From Candidatus Binatia bacterium (GTDB taxonomy: Bacteria > Desulfobacterota > Binatia > HRBIN30): a DNA stretch of 64,000 nucleotides. Made by a program: the position numbers and the translations under genes. The notes beneath the pieces were generated by a model. The model ran no database searches and was not told where the DNA came from. It saw only the letters and a program-made list of their open reading frames with translations. How positions within the stretch are numbered: the stretch's first letter is position 1; each line of letters opens with the position of its first letter. The stretch spans positions 7,678-71,677 of the forward strand of contig DASVHW010000043.1 of the NCBI GenBank assembly GCA_036382395.1, in the 5' to 3' direction. Positions 51,863-61,281 of this stretch are shown in pieces.

Positions 51863-52908
51863 CGAGAGTCCGTGATGGCGCGATCATTGGCTTCGGTAAC
51901 ATGGCAGCCAATGGTCACCTACCGGTCTGGCGCGAGCGCTCCGACTTTCGCATTGTCGCCGTAGCCGACTCGGACCCGGGCCGGCGCGCGCTGGCGGAGC
52001 AGGCCATCGCCGGCGTCCGGACGTACACGGATTACTACGAGTTGCTGCGCAGTGAGCGGTTGGATTTCGTCGACATCGCCACCCCGCCCTCGTTGCACGC
52101 GCCGGCGATCATCGCTGCGGCGCGGGCCGGTGTAGACGTATTGTGTGAAAAACCCGTCACGCCGTCGCTGCACGAATACCGCGCCGTGCGGACCGCTGTG
52201 AGCCAAGGCGGGGTGGTGTTGCACACGGTCCACAACTGGAAATACTCGGAAGCATTTCGTACGGCGCGGGGGCTGTTGGCGGCAGGCGGCCTCGGCTCGC
52301 TGCGCGCGATCTCGTTCGACACCGCGCGCAACGGCTGCGCCAGCAGCACCAGCGGCAACTGGCGCGTGCAGGCGTCCGTCGCCGGCGGCGGGATTCTCAT
52401 CGACCACGGCTGGCACACCTTCTACCTGCTGTTGGCGCTGGCAAACGAACAGCCGTGCCGGATCCGCGCCGCACTGGAGCGGCGCCGCTACGTCGATGCC
52501 GAAGTCGAAGACACCGCCGTGTGCACCATCGATTTTCCGTCGCTCGTGGCTGAGATTCGCTTGACCTGGGCCGCGAGTGAGCGCCGAACACAGTGGCGGC
52601 TCGTCGGTAACGACGGCGATCTGCTGATCGACGACGACCAGGTGGTCATGCAGGGAAAGACGGCGCGACACTCGCAGCAGTTGGCGACGGCATTGTCCGC
52701 CGGCTCCCACCACCCGGAATGGTTTGCCGGTGTGGTGGACTCGTTTCGCCAGGAGCTGGATGAACCGGAGGTGCGGGGCACGAATCAAACAGAAGCTGAG
52801 TGGTGCCTGCTCATGCTCGACCTGGCGTATGCCTCCGATGCCCGTGATTCGCGGCCAATCGACGTTCCTCGGCTCAGCGAGTGGTTTGAGGGGGGGGTGG
52901 GGAATTGA
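51859..52908 (+). CDS. Gfo/Idh/MocA-family NAD(P)-dependent oxidoreductase (inositol/sugar dehydrogenase-like).
   Basis: N-terminal Rossmann 'IIGFGNMAANGHLPVW', 'CEKP' motif, and the Gfo/Idh/MocA C-terminal domain. Confidence 0.85.
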   Translation: MTRVRDGAIIGFGNMAANGHLPVWRERSDFRIVAVADSDPGRRALAEQAIAGVRTYTDYYELLRSERLDFVDIATPPSLHAPAIIAAARAGVDVLCEKPVTPSLHEYRAVRTAVSQGGVVLHTVHNWKYSEAFRTARGLLAAGGLGSLRAISFDTARNGCASSTSGNWRVQASVAGGGILIDHGWHTFYLLLALANEQPCRIRAALERRRYVDAEVEDTAVCTIDFPSLVAEIRLTWAASERRTQWRLVGNDGDLLIDDDQVVMQGKTARHSQQLATALSAGSHHPEWFAGVVDSFRQELDEPEVRGTNQTEAEWCLLMLDLAYASDARDSRPIDVPRLSEWFEGGVGN

Positions 52909-54104
52909 AAACTGCTGTGATTCTTCCGCCGACAGCCGCAAGCTTTCAGACCGTCGCCGGCCTACCGCTGATTCAGCGCACCGTGCTGAGCGCGGCTCGA
53001 TGCGACTTCGACCGTATCGTCGTTCTCGGAAACGGACGTGCCGAGCCTCTGCGCACGCTGCTTGCCGGAGACAAGCGCACGCGTGCCGTCGAGGTGACCA
53101 AGGGCCTGTCGCAAGTCGAAGGCTCATCCGTGACTGTGATCCCGAGCGATCGCCTACTGACCGCTGCGACCCTCGCACGCGTCAATGCGGCCAGTTTGGA
53201 TGGCCGGCCGCTCCTGTTCGGTGCGGGCGGTCGCCATGACATCGCCGTGTGCCGGCCCGGGATGCTCTCTGGTATCGACCTCAACGCGCTCGCCGCACAG
53301 GGAGCCGACGCCGTGTGGGCGGCACTCCATGCGCGCGGGGCGCAGACCCTTCCGCTCGACGGGGAGGTCTGTCTGCCGGTCGGCGACGAACACTCCGCGG
53401 CCGCGGCGGAACTGGCGTTGTGCAAACGTCTGCGGGCTGACAGCGCCGCCAGTGATGGGCCGCTGGCCCACTGGATCGACCGCCGCATCTCGCTACGGAT
53501 CAGCCGCTGGCTCGCCAACCACACGCGCGTGCGGCCGAACCACATCACCATCGTCGGGACCTCGATCGGGCTGCTCGCCGCCGCCACGCTCAGTGTCGGC
53601 ACCTACTGGGCCGGAGTCGCCGGCACGCTGCTGTTTCTGTGCGCCACCATTCTCGACGGTTGCGATGGCGAGGTGGCCCGACTGACGTTCTTCGATTCCC
53701 CGTTCGGCGAGAAGTTCGATGTCATCACCGACAACATCGTGCATGTCGCGATTTTCATCGGCTTGGCGCTCGGCCTGTACCACCAAAACGCCAGCGGCCA
53801 TTACCCTCTTCTGATCTCCATCTTGCTCGGCGGATTCGCATGCGACACAGCCCTGAGCTACTTTTTCCTCGTTCGGCGGCCGGGCTTCGCCCGCAGCGGC
53901 GGCGCGCCGGTGACTTTGAAAGGCAAGGTCCGGCGGAAGCTGCTGGGCCTCTTCGAGGCCATGATGAACCGCGACTTCGCTTACCTGCTCCTCGTGCTGG
54001 CAGTGGTCGATCGCTTATACTGGTTTTTCTGGGGCGCCGCGTTCGGCACCTATCTCTTCGCGATTCTGTTAGTGTGGATTTACCGATGGCGTGATGCGGC
54101 ATGA
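52905..54104 (+). CDS. CDP-alcohol phosphatidyltransferase-family membrane enzyme with an N-terminal degenerate nucleotidyltransferase-like domain (IPCT/DIPPS-like architecture).
   Basis: C-terminal 'DGCDGEVAR ... GEKFDVITDNIVH' matches the CDP-OH-P transferase motif D-G-x2-A-R...G-x3-D-x3-D. N-terminal 'MKTAVILPP...GLPLIQR' is NTP-transferase-like but lacks the GxGxR loop. TTG start overlaps the upstream stop. Confidence 0.7.
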   Translation: MKTAVILPPTAASFQTVAGLPLIQRTVLSAARCDFDRIVVLGNGRAEPLRTLLAGDKRTRAVEVTKGLSQVEGSSVTVIPSDRLLTAATLARVNAASLDGRPLLFGAGGRHDIAVCRPGMLSGIDLNALAAQGADAVWAALHARGAQTLPLDGEVCLPVGDEHSAAAAELALCKRLRADSAASDGPLAHWIDRRISLRISRWLANHTRVRPNHITIVGTSIGLLAAATLSVGTYWAGVAGTLLFLCATILDGCDGEVARLTFFDSPFGEKFDVITDNIVHVAIFIGLALGLYHQNASGHYPLLISILLGGFACDTALSYFFLVRRPGFARSGGAPVTLKGKVRRKLLGLFEAMMNRDFAYLLLVLAVVDRLYWFFWGAAFGTYLFAILLVWIYRWRDAA

Positions 54105-54206
54105 GCACGGGCGCGGGCCGACTGACACCGTCACTCTCGTGCTCCGGCCTGCCCGGCATACGCCGATGATCCAATCCTTGGCTCTGGAGACATAGGCACA
54201 AGACGC

Positions 54207-55214
54207 ATGTTTACTCAGCGTGTATTCCGTATCGCCGAACGCCTCTTTCTCGTCGGCGGATTGATTCTGCTCGGGTTCATCCTGCGCGAGCTTGGGGTGC
54301 GGGCCGTGCTCGCCAACCTCCAGCTCGTCGGTTGGGGAATTGTCGCGCTCGTGCTTCAGGAGATGCTGGCGTACGTGGCAAACACGCTGGGCTGGCGGGC
54401 GGCTTTCCCGACTCCCCGGCCCCGGATTCCGTTCACACAGCTGCTCACCGCACGCATCGCGGGCGACGCGGTCAACTACCTCACCCCAACCGCAACCCTC
54501 GGCGGTGAATTCGTGCGGACCCGTTATTTGCGCGGCCAAGCCGAAGGCACGTCATTGGTGGCATCGGTCGCTGTCGCCAAACTGACCCAGACCATCGGCC
54601 AGATTGCGTTCGTCATCATCGGCCTGGCGTTCGTGCTCGACGATACGCCGCTTCCGTCTGCCGTCCGGCACGGCCTGTTCGTCGGATTGGCAGCGTTTTC
54701 AGCGCTGACGCTGGCACTGGTCATGGCGCAGCGCCGTGGGATGTTCGCCCCGATGCTGCGGATGGCGCAACGCCTGGGGTTGCCGGATCGGGCGCCGGAG
54801 TTCGGGCGACGTCTGCAGCGTCTGGATGCAGAGATCGCCCGTTTTCATGGTGAGGGCAACGGCGCCTTTTTCCTCTCATCGGCGAGCTTTTTCGCCGGAT
54901 GGGCCATGGGCGTCGTGGAAATTTACCTTATCCTTTGGCTGCTCGGGCTGCCCGTCAGTGTGCATCGCGCCCTCACCATCGAAGTGTTCTCGGTCGCCAT
55001 CGACGGAATGTTCTTCTTCGTGCCGGCGAAGGTGGGGACACAGGAGGGCGGAAAGGTGCTCATCTTCACCCTGCTGGGCCTCGACCCGGGCAAGGGCCTG
55101 GCGTTAGGACTCTTGCGGCGCATACGCGAACTGACCTGGGCTCTGGTGGGAATGCTGATTCTGTCACGCCAGCAAATGGCGCCGCGCCCCGTCTTCCAAC
55201 CCCTCGTCCGGTAG
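54207..55214 (+). CDS. UPF0104 / lysyl-PG-synthase-TM-domain (flippase-like) membrane protein, HpnL-like.
   Basis: Multi-TM protein of ~335 aa with 'FFFVPAKVGTQEGG' near the C-terminus, typical of the TIGR00374/HpnL family. Immediately precedes an HpnK-like gene. Confidence 0.55.
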   Translation: MFTQRVFRIAERLFLVGGLILLGFILRELGVRAVLANLQLVGWGIVALVLQEMLAYVANTLGWRAAFPTPRPRIPFTQLLTARIAGDAVNYLTPTATLGGEFVRTRYLRGQAEGTSLVASVAVAKLTQTIGQIAFVIIGLAFVLDDTPLPSAVRHGLFVGLAAFSALTLALVMAQRRGMFAPMLRMAQRLGLPDRAPEFGRRLQRLDAEIARFHGEGNGAFFLSSASFFAGWAMGVVEIYLILWLLGLPVSVHRALTIEVFSVAIDGMFFFVPAKVGTQEGGKVLIFTLLGLDPGKGLALGLLRRIRELTWALVGMLILSRQQMAPRPVFQPLVR

Positions 55215-55320
55215 CGATGCGGGCTGCGCCCAGCGTCCGTTCGGCGGGACCGCTCCCCGCCCGCACTCCAGAGGCTTCCGGCGGACGTGTTGGGTCGCTT
55301 CGGGTGGCTACCAACGGCAC

Positions 55321-56247
55321 TTGACGGAGATGCGAAAAGTCGCAGGCGCAATGCACGAGCGGCCCATGTCCCGAACCCCCGAGCGAAGGCGGCTGATCGT
55401 ATCCGGTGACGACTTTGGTATGTCGCCGGGCGTCAACGCCGGAATCATCGCGGGGCATCGCAACGGCATTTTGACCGATGCCAGCCTGATGGTGAACGGG
55501 ACCGCCTTTGCAGAGGCGGTCGATCTCGCACGCGCCACCCCGACACTGGCGGTCGGCCTGCACCTCGTTCTGGTGCAGGGCCGCGCCACGTCGGCGGCGC
55601 ACCAGGTGCCCGGCCTAGTGGATGCCGCCGGCATGTTCCGGAACAACTCGGTGGCGGCGGGATTGCGCTACTTCTTCGCCCCCGGAATGCGCGCCCAAAT
55701 TGAACGCGAAGTGAGTGCTCAACTGGAAAAATACCTCGCCACCGGGCTGCCGCTGGCGCACGTGGACGGTCACCTCAATATCCACATGCACCCGACCGTC
55801 CTGATGATCCTGTTGCGGCTCGCCTCACGCTACGGCGTCCGTGCCATGCGCCTGCCGCGCGAACCGTGGCGGATTTCGCTGCGGCTGGACCGGCGTGAAC
55901 GCCGGCGTAAGCTGGTCGAAGCGCTGATCTTCCGCAACCTCACGCGTTACGCCCACCCGCGGCTAGCGGCGCATGGTATCCGCCATCCTGATCAGCTGTT
56001 CGGACTGCACCAGAGCGGCCACGTCAACGAACCATACCTGCTCAGTGTATTGAGCGCGTTGCCCGCGGGCCTCACCGAAGTCTACTGCCACCCTGCCTTC
56101 ACCGACGACGAGGCACGACGGTGGCGTCCAGCAGATTACGAAAGCGAGGTCGAACTGGCGGCGTTGACCAGCCCCCGCGTTCGCCGGGCGCTACGCACGA
56201 GCGCGATCGAGCCCATGAGCTACGAGGACCTTGCCTCCTCGGGCTGA
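55321..56247 (+). CDS. YdjC/ChbG-family carbohydrate deacetylase, HpnK-like.
   Basis: 'LIVSGDDFGMSPGVNAGIIAGHRNGILTDASLMVNG' and 'AVGLHLVL', 'HVDGHLNIHMHP' YdjC motifs. Start ambiguous (55321 or 55366). Confidence 0.75.
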   Translation: MTEMRKVAGAMHERPMSRTPERRRLIVSGDDFGMSPGVNAGIIAGHRNGILTDASLMVNGTAFAEAVDLARATPTLAVGLHLVLVQGRATSAAHQVPGLVDAAGMFRNNSVAAGLRYFFAPGMRAQIEREVSAQLEKYLATGLPLAHVDGHLNIHMHPTVLMILLRLASRYGVRAMRLPREPWRISLRLDRRERRRKLVEALIFRNLTRYAHPRLAAHGIRHPDQLFGLHQSGHVNEPYLLSVLSALPAGLTEVYCHPAFTDDEARRWRPADYESEVELAALTSPRVRRALRTSAIEPMSYEDLASSG

Positions 56248-57092
56248 GTACTTCCAGGGGCCGCGACCGAGCCTTCGCCGAAACCCGCCAGCAGAGCGGC
56301 GCCTGCGATCGCCAGTGTGAAGGCCAGTGGCCGTAGCACCGCCGCCGGTCCCTCGCTCGGCAGGGCTTCGCCAAACACCATGATGCCGCCCACGATGGGC
56401 ACCAGATTCGACAGGCCGGAATAGAGCGGCATCACCACCACCCCGCGGCCGCTCTGTAATGCCGCCTGCATCAGGGCAAATCCGACGATATTGGCGCCCG
56501 TAGTGAGAACGATGTAGATCACCGCATCCTGGGAGGCGAACGACCCCTCGTCGGCAAGCCCCTTGGCATAGACGGACGCCAAGCCCAAGATCAATCCGCT
56601 GGCGACGCTCATGCCGATGGCACGGCCCGGCTGCTGATCGGCAAACCACGCCAACGCGGAGAGGGCGAGCACCGCCACCGAAAACAGAAACAGGTCATGC
56701 GCCGCGCGGTGTGCCGCGGGATCGCTCGACAACGATACGCTCAACGTGATCAGCGAGGCGGTGATCAGCAAGACACCGAGCCACTCGACCGGCCGCGGCT
56801 CTTCCCCCAGTCCCACCACGGAAAGAATCACGAAGAGGACGATGCCACCGTTCAGCGCCGTGTGCACGATGGAGAGCGGGGCGGCGCGTAGCGCCATGAA
56901 GTAGAACCCGTAACCGACGATCTGCAGCGCCAGACCGATCATCCACAACGGATCGCGAACGAAGGCCCACCAGGCGCTGAGGCGCCAGCCACCACCGAGG
57001 GACGGCAGATGCTCCGCCTGACGCTTCATGAGATACAAGCCGAGCGTCAGCAAGGTACTGGCAACAATGGCTAACAGGGAAGCGAACTCCAT
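56220..57092 (-). CDS. EamA/DMT-superfamily membrane transporter.
   Basis: 10-TM hydrophobic protein (290 aa) with two EamA-like halves. 3' end overlaps the hpnK-like gene on the other strand. Confidence 0.55.
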   Translation of the reverse strand: MEFASLLAIVASTLLTLGLYLMKRQAEHLPSLGGGWRLSAWWAFVRDPLWMIGLALQIVGYGFYFMALRAAPLSIVHTALNGGIVLFVILSVVGLGEEPRPVEWLGVLLITASLITLSVSLSSDPAAHRAAHDLFLFSVAVLALSALAWFADQQPGRAIGMSVASGLILGLASVYAKGLADEGSFASQDAVIYIVLTTGANIVGFALMQAALQSGRGVVVMPLYSGLSNLVPIVGGIMVFGEALPSEGPAAVLRPLAFTLAIAGAALLAGFGEGSVAAPGSTQPEEARSS

Positions 57093-57184
57093 ACCCAGGC
57101 GGGTCGCAGAACCTCAGTCCGACGTCAAGCGCGCGCAACAGATCGGCAACGGCATCCGCCCCGTGAGCGCCAACGAGCCGGCAC

Positions 57185-58648
57185 TCACGACGCAGGAGAC
57201 GTCGTCGAGTTGGCTGCGGCCTTACCGTTGCCAGCTGCGCGGCGCTTGCGCATGGTGGACAGGAATTCGCGGGCTTCCCGCAACATGCGTTTGCGCTCAT
57301 CGCGGCTCTTCAGCATTTTCTTCGCCGCCTTCATGAAATATCTCGGCCGGAAATAGTACTTGCGGTAGAAGCGCTCGACGGCCGCGAAAATCTCCTCGGC
57401 CGAAGCCTCCGGATAACTGACCGTGCACCGCTGGTAGCCGGCTTCGTCGTTGTAGACGTCCTGCACGAGGAAGTTGTGCTCTTTCACATATTCATAGAAG
57501 TGCGTGCCCGGATAGGGCGATGCCAGCGACACCTGGATGGTTTCCGGGTCCATTTCGCGGGCGAAACGGATCGACTCCTCGATGGTCGCCAGCGTTTCGC
57601 CGGGGAGGCCGACGATGAACGTGCCGTGAATGAGAATGCCGAGATCGTGGCAATCCTTCGTGAAGCGGCGTGCCCGTTCGAGGCTGACGCCCTTCTTGAT
57701 GTTCTGCAAGATCTGCTCGTTGCCGGACTCGTACCCGACCACGAACAAGCGCAGCCCACCGTCCTTGAGAACCCGCAACGTCTCCCGGTCCACGTTGGCG
57801 CGCGCATTGGTCGACCAGCACAACCCGAGCGGTTTGAACAACTGCGCCAGCTGCCTGGCACGAGGTGGATCCGCGGTGAACGTATCATCGTCGAAGAAGA
57901 TCTCTTTCATCTCCGGGAAGAGGCGCTTCATGTCCTTGACTTCCTCGAAGACGTTCTCCGAACTGCGGGTGCGGTAGGAATGGCCGGTCGTGACCTGCGG
58001 CCAGAGACAGAACGTACAGCGCGCGGGGCAGCCGCGGCCGGTGTACATGGAGACGTAGGGATACTGGCAATAGGGGCTGTTGTACTTCAGGTACTGAAGG
58101 TCGCGATGGTAAATCTGGGTCACGAAAGGCATCGCGTCGAGTTCCGCGGTGGTCAGCGGCAAGCGCTCTGGATTGTGAATCACGTTGCCGTTTTGCCGAT
58201 AGCTGATGCCTGGAATGCGTGACCAGTCATGGCCCAGGGCAACGTCCCGAACGGCGTAGTCGAATTCCTTGCGCGCCACCAGGTCGATGGCCGACGACGC
58301 TTTCAGAGAGGCTTCCGCCTGCACCGTGACATGGCCGCCGACAAACGCGATGGTACACTTCGGATTGGCATCCTTGATCATTTCCGCCGTGCGCGCGTCG
58401 AGCCGGAACGAAGGCGTGCTGGTGTGCACGACGACGAAGTCGTAGGCGCTGGCGATGGCCACCGTTTGCTCCTGGTTGAGGTGCTCGGGCGGCGCATCGA
58501 GGACGCGGCTGTCCGCCACCAGCCCGGCCGGGTAGCAGAGCCAGGTGGGATACCAGAAAGACCACACTTCGCGGGTCGCCTGGTAGCGTGATCCTGCCCC
58601 GCCGTCGAAGTCCTCGTAGGCAGGCGGGTTCAGAAAGAGCGTCTTCAT
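57185..58648 (-). CDS. B12-binding radical SAM protein, hopanoid-associated HpnJ-like.
   Basis: N-terminus 'MKTLFLNPPAYEDFDGGAGSRYQATREVWSFWYPTWL' is characteristic of HpnJ. Radical-SAM motif 'CPARCTFC'. Start at the ATG at 58648; the track ORF extends to 58753. Confidence 0.75.
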   Translation of the reverse strand: MKTLFLNPPAYEDFDGGAGSRYQATREVWSFWYPTWLCYPAGLVADSRVLDAPPEHLNQEQTVAIASAYDFVVVHTSTPSFRLDARTAEMIKDANPKCTIAFVGGHVTVQAEASLKASSAIDLVARKEFDYAVRDVALGHDWSRIPGISYRQNGNVIHNPERLPLTTAELDAMPFVTQIYHRDLQYLKYNSPYCQYPYVSMYTGRGCPARCTFCLWPQVTTGHSYRTRSSENVFEEVKDMKRLFPEMKEIFFDDDTFTADPPRARQLAQLFKPLGLCWSTNARANVDRETLRVLKDGGLRLFVVGYESGNEQILQNIKKGVSLERARRFTKDCHDLGILIHGTFIVGLPGETLATIEESIRFAREMDPETIQVSLASPYPGTHFYEYVKEHNFLVQDVYNDEAGYQRCTVSYPEASAEEIFAAVERFYRKYYFRPRYFMKAAKKMLKSRDERKRMLREAREFLSTMRKRRAAGNGKAAANSTTSPAS

Positions 58649-58872
58649 ACAACTCCCATTGTGCCTCGTCCGATTGCTATTTCGAGCCAGCAGAGTAACC
58701 GAGCCCACCCGCCCGATCAAGAGCGCATCGATCCGAGCGCATCGATCCGCCACTCTCGGCCGTCACGGCAATGAGGATCGATGGCGCCCTCTCGGCGCAC
58801 ACGCACCAGAGTCGCGGAAACGCGTATCTCAGCCGGCTTTTCCTCTCAAGCCGGCTGTGATCTTATACCCCA

Positions 58873-60096
58873 ATGCCGGTCGCCATCCGCCGCTACGCCG
58901 CGGTAATCGCGGTAATTGTCGCCTGCGTTGCGTGTCTCGTCATCCTTGGCGAACGGGCGGACGCGGATATGACGCTGATTCCATTGCCGGAAGTCATCGT
59001 TGATCCGAACGAAGGCACCACCGTCGGTTTTCTTCCCGTCATGCTGATCGCCAACGACGCCAAGAGCATCCGCAGTATCATCGCTCCCGACGTCCGTTAC
59101 AACGACACCTTCGGTGTGTACCCGACGGTTCGCTTCTTCGACTATCCCGATCCCAAACAGAAGTACTTCATCATGGGCGGGAAAGGGAGCAAGCGCGGCG
59201 AGGACCTCGAAGGGAATTATGCCGGCCAGGATCTTCTCGCCGGCTGGCTGGACCTGCGCGCCGACGCCGCGCACGAGGATGACCCGTTCGAACGGTTTTA
59301 TGGCTTCGGCAACCACACCCCGAACTCGAACGAGGCCAATTGGACCTCGAGGACCAACGGCGGAACATTTTTCACCGGCTTGAACTTTTTCGGAGATTTC
59401 CAGGCCTTCTGGCAGCCGCGGCTGCGCCAAGTGCGTGTCGGCCGAGGCGGCATCGGCACCCTGCCGCAAGTTCGCGATCCGACATCCGGTTTTTCCAGCG
59501 TCAACGGTGTCACCGGCGCCTCGATCTTCGGCCAGCAGTTCGGATTGATCTACGACGATCGTGATGTTCGCGACATTCCCACGCAAGGCGTGTTTGCCCA
59601 GAGCTCCATCGAGATCGTCGACAAAGCCCTCGGCAGCTCGAACTCGTTCATCAAATATGCGTTCGAGGGCAAGTCGTTCATTCCGTTGCGGCCGGACAAG
59701 AAGTTCATCGTTGCGCTGCATGCGGTGTTGAATTATCTGCAGCACGGTGAGGATGCCCCGTTCTACGAGAAGAACAGCGTCGGCGGCATTGGCAGCCTGC
59801 GCGCCTTCGGCAGCCACCGGTTCACCGACAACCATCGTTTTTTCCTCCGGGGTGAGCTGCGCACCAACGTCTACGAACGGGAAGTCTTCGGCGTACGGGC
59901 GCATCTCGAGATCGCACCGTTTCTCGACGTCGGCAAGGTGTTCAATTCCTCCAGGGAGTTTCCCCTCGAAGACCTACACGTCGTCGGCGGGCTCGGCTTC
60001 CGTGCCGTCGTCGTCCCCCAGGTGGTTGCGTACGTCGACTTTGGCAGCTCGGGCGGAGCCCCCGCCGCGTTTACCGGGATCGACTATCCGTTCTAG
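58873..60096 (+). CDS. Outer-membrane beta-barrel protein (Omp85/surface-antigen-like barrel, C-terminal Phe).
   Basis: Signal/anchor 'MPVAIRRYAAVIAVIVACVACLVILG'. Alternating beta-strand pattern. Ends '...GIDYPF', the canonical OMP C-terminal aromatic signature. Confidence 0.5.
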   Translation: MPVAIRRYAAVIAVIVACVACLVILGERADADMTLIPLPEVIVDPNEGTTVGFLPVMLIANDAKSIRSIIAPDVRYNDTFGVYPTVRFFDYPDPKQKYFIMGGKGSKRGEDLEGNYAGQDLLAGWLDLRADAAHEDDPFERFYGFGNHTPNSNEANWTSRTNGGTFFTGLNFFGDFQAFWQPRLRQVRVGRGGIGTLPQVRDPTSGFSSVNGVTGASIFGQQFGLIYDDRDVRDIPTQGVFAQSSIEIVDKALGSSNSFIKYAFEGKSFIPLRPDKKFIVALHAVLNYLQHGEDAPFYEKNSVGGIGSLRAFGSHRFTDNHRFFLRGELRTNVYEREVFGVRAHLEIAPFLDVGKVFNSSREFPLEDLHVVGGLGFRAVVVPQVVAYVDFGSSGGAPAAFTGIDYPF

Positions 60097-60344
60097 AGGC
60101 CCGGCCGAAAATGGGTTCCGAAGCGAAACTCGTCAGCCGCAGTGCGCGCACGTCGGCGCTTTCGACGCTCGCACGCCTCGCAACGGCTGACCTTCGCATC
60201 GCTGATGCTGGTTGACATTGTCGGGCCGTAGGGCTTTGACACCGCTGCGGATCGCGCGCGGCACGCAATCCGTTGGCAGAAGAGACACTCCGCTTCGGTG
60301 GCAGGTCGAGAAGGCACGCTGATGACGCTCGGGAGGATACGCAC

Positions 60345-61256
60345 ATGATGCTGAAGGACAAGGTTGCGGTGGTCACGGGTGCGGGCGGCGGCATCGGCCG
60401 TGGCATCGCACTGTCGCTCGCCCGGGAGGGCGCCAAGGTGGTCGTCAACGACCTTGGCGGCAGCGCCATCGGTGAGGGTCGGGATGCGGCGCCGGCGGAC
60501 CAGGTGGTGGCCGAGATCGTCGCGGCGGGCGGGACCGCGGTGAGCAACTACGACTCCGTCGCCAGCCTCGCCGGCGGCGAGAAGATCATCGGCACCGCCT
60601 TGGAGAAGTTTGGCCGCATCGACGTGGTCGTCAACAACGCGGGTATTCTGCGCGACCGCATGCTGTTCAACATGAGCGAAGACGATTGGGATGCGGTCAT
60701 CGCCGTGCATCTGAAGGGTGCGTTCGCCTGCACGCGGGCGGCGGCCCCTCACATGCGCCAGCAGAAGAGCGGGCGGATCATCAACATCACGTCGACGTCG
60801 GGGTTGATCGGCAACTACGGCCAGGCCAACTACGCGGCGGCGAAGTTGGGCGTCGTCGGCCTGACCAAAGGTGCCGCGCTCGATCTCGCTCGCTACGGTG
60901 TCACCGCCAACTGCATCGCCCCGTTCGCCTGGACACGGATGATCGGCTCCATTCCCACCGAGACCGAGGCGCAAAAGGCCCGCGTCGAGAAGATCAAGAA
61001 AATGGACCCGGCGATGATCGCGCCGCTGGTGGTCTTCCTGGCAAGCGATGCGGCCCAGGAAATCACCGGCCAAATCTTTTGCGTGCGCGGCAAGGAGATC
61101 ATCCTGTTCTCCCAGCCACGGCCCATCCGCCAGATCGTGGATGTCGCAGGCTGGACGGCCGAGAAGGTCGCCGCCGTCGTGCCCGACGCGTTCAAGAGTT
61201 CTTTCTACAAGCTCGATGTCAGCGCGGATATTTTTCCGTACGATCCGTTCGTGTGA
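60345..61256 (+). CDS. SDR-family NAD(P)-dependent oxidoreductase with a ~50-aa C-terminal extension.
   Basis: 'VAVVTGAGGGIGRGIAL' TGxxxGxG, 'NNAG', catalytic 'YAAAKLG'. ATG at 60345 with a GGGAGGA RBS. Confidence 0.8.
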   Translation: MMLKDKVAVVTGAGGGIGRGIALSLAREGAKVVVNDLGGSAIGEGRDAAPADQVVAEIVAAGGTAVSNYDSVASLAGGEKIIGTALEKFGRIDVVVNNAGILRDRMLFNMSEDDWDAVIAVHLKGAFACTRAAAPHMRQQKSGRIINITSTSGLIGNYGQANYAAAKLGVVGLTKGAALDLARYGVTANCIAPFAWTRMIGSIPTETEAQKARVEKIKKMDPAMIAPLVVFLASDAAQEITGQIFCVRGKEIILFSQPRPIRQIVDVAGWTAEKVAAVVPDAFKSSFYKLDVSADIFPYDPFV

Positions 61257-61281
61257 GCCAAATTACCCGGGGCTGCCGATC

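Noticed and set aside
50561-53178. 432-aa and 419-aa minus-strand ORFs (50561..51859 and 51919..53178)
   Set aside because: Antisense to the aminotransferase, oxidoreductase and CDP-alcohol transferase genes, which have clear family motifs.
57476-58222. 248-aa plus-strand ORF
   Set aside because: Antisense to the HpnJ-like radical SAM gene.
58649-58753. 35-aa N-terminal extension of the HpnJ-like ORF
   Set aside because: The family N-terminus 'MKTLFLNPP' starts at the ATG at 58648.
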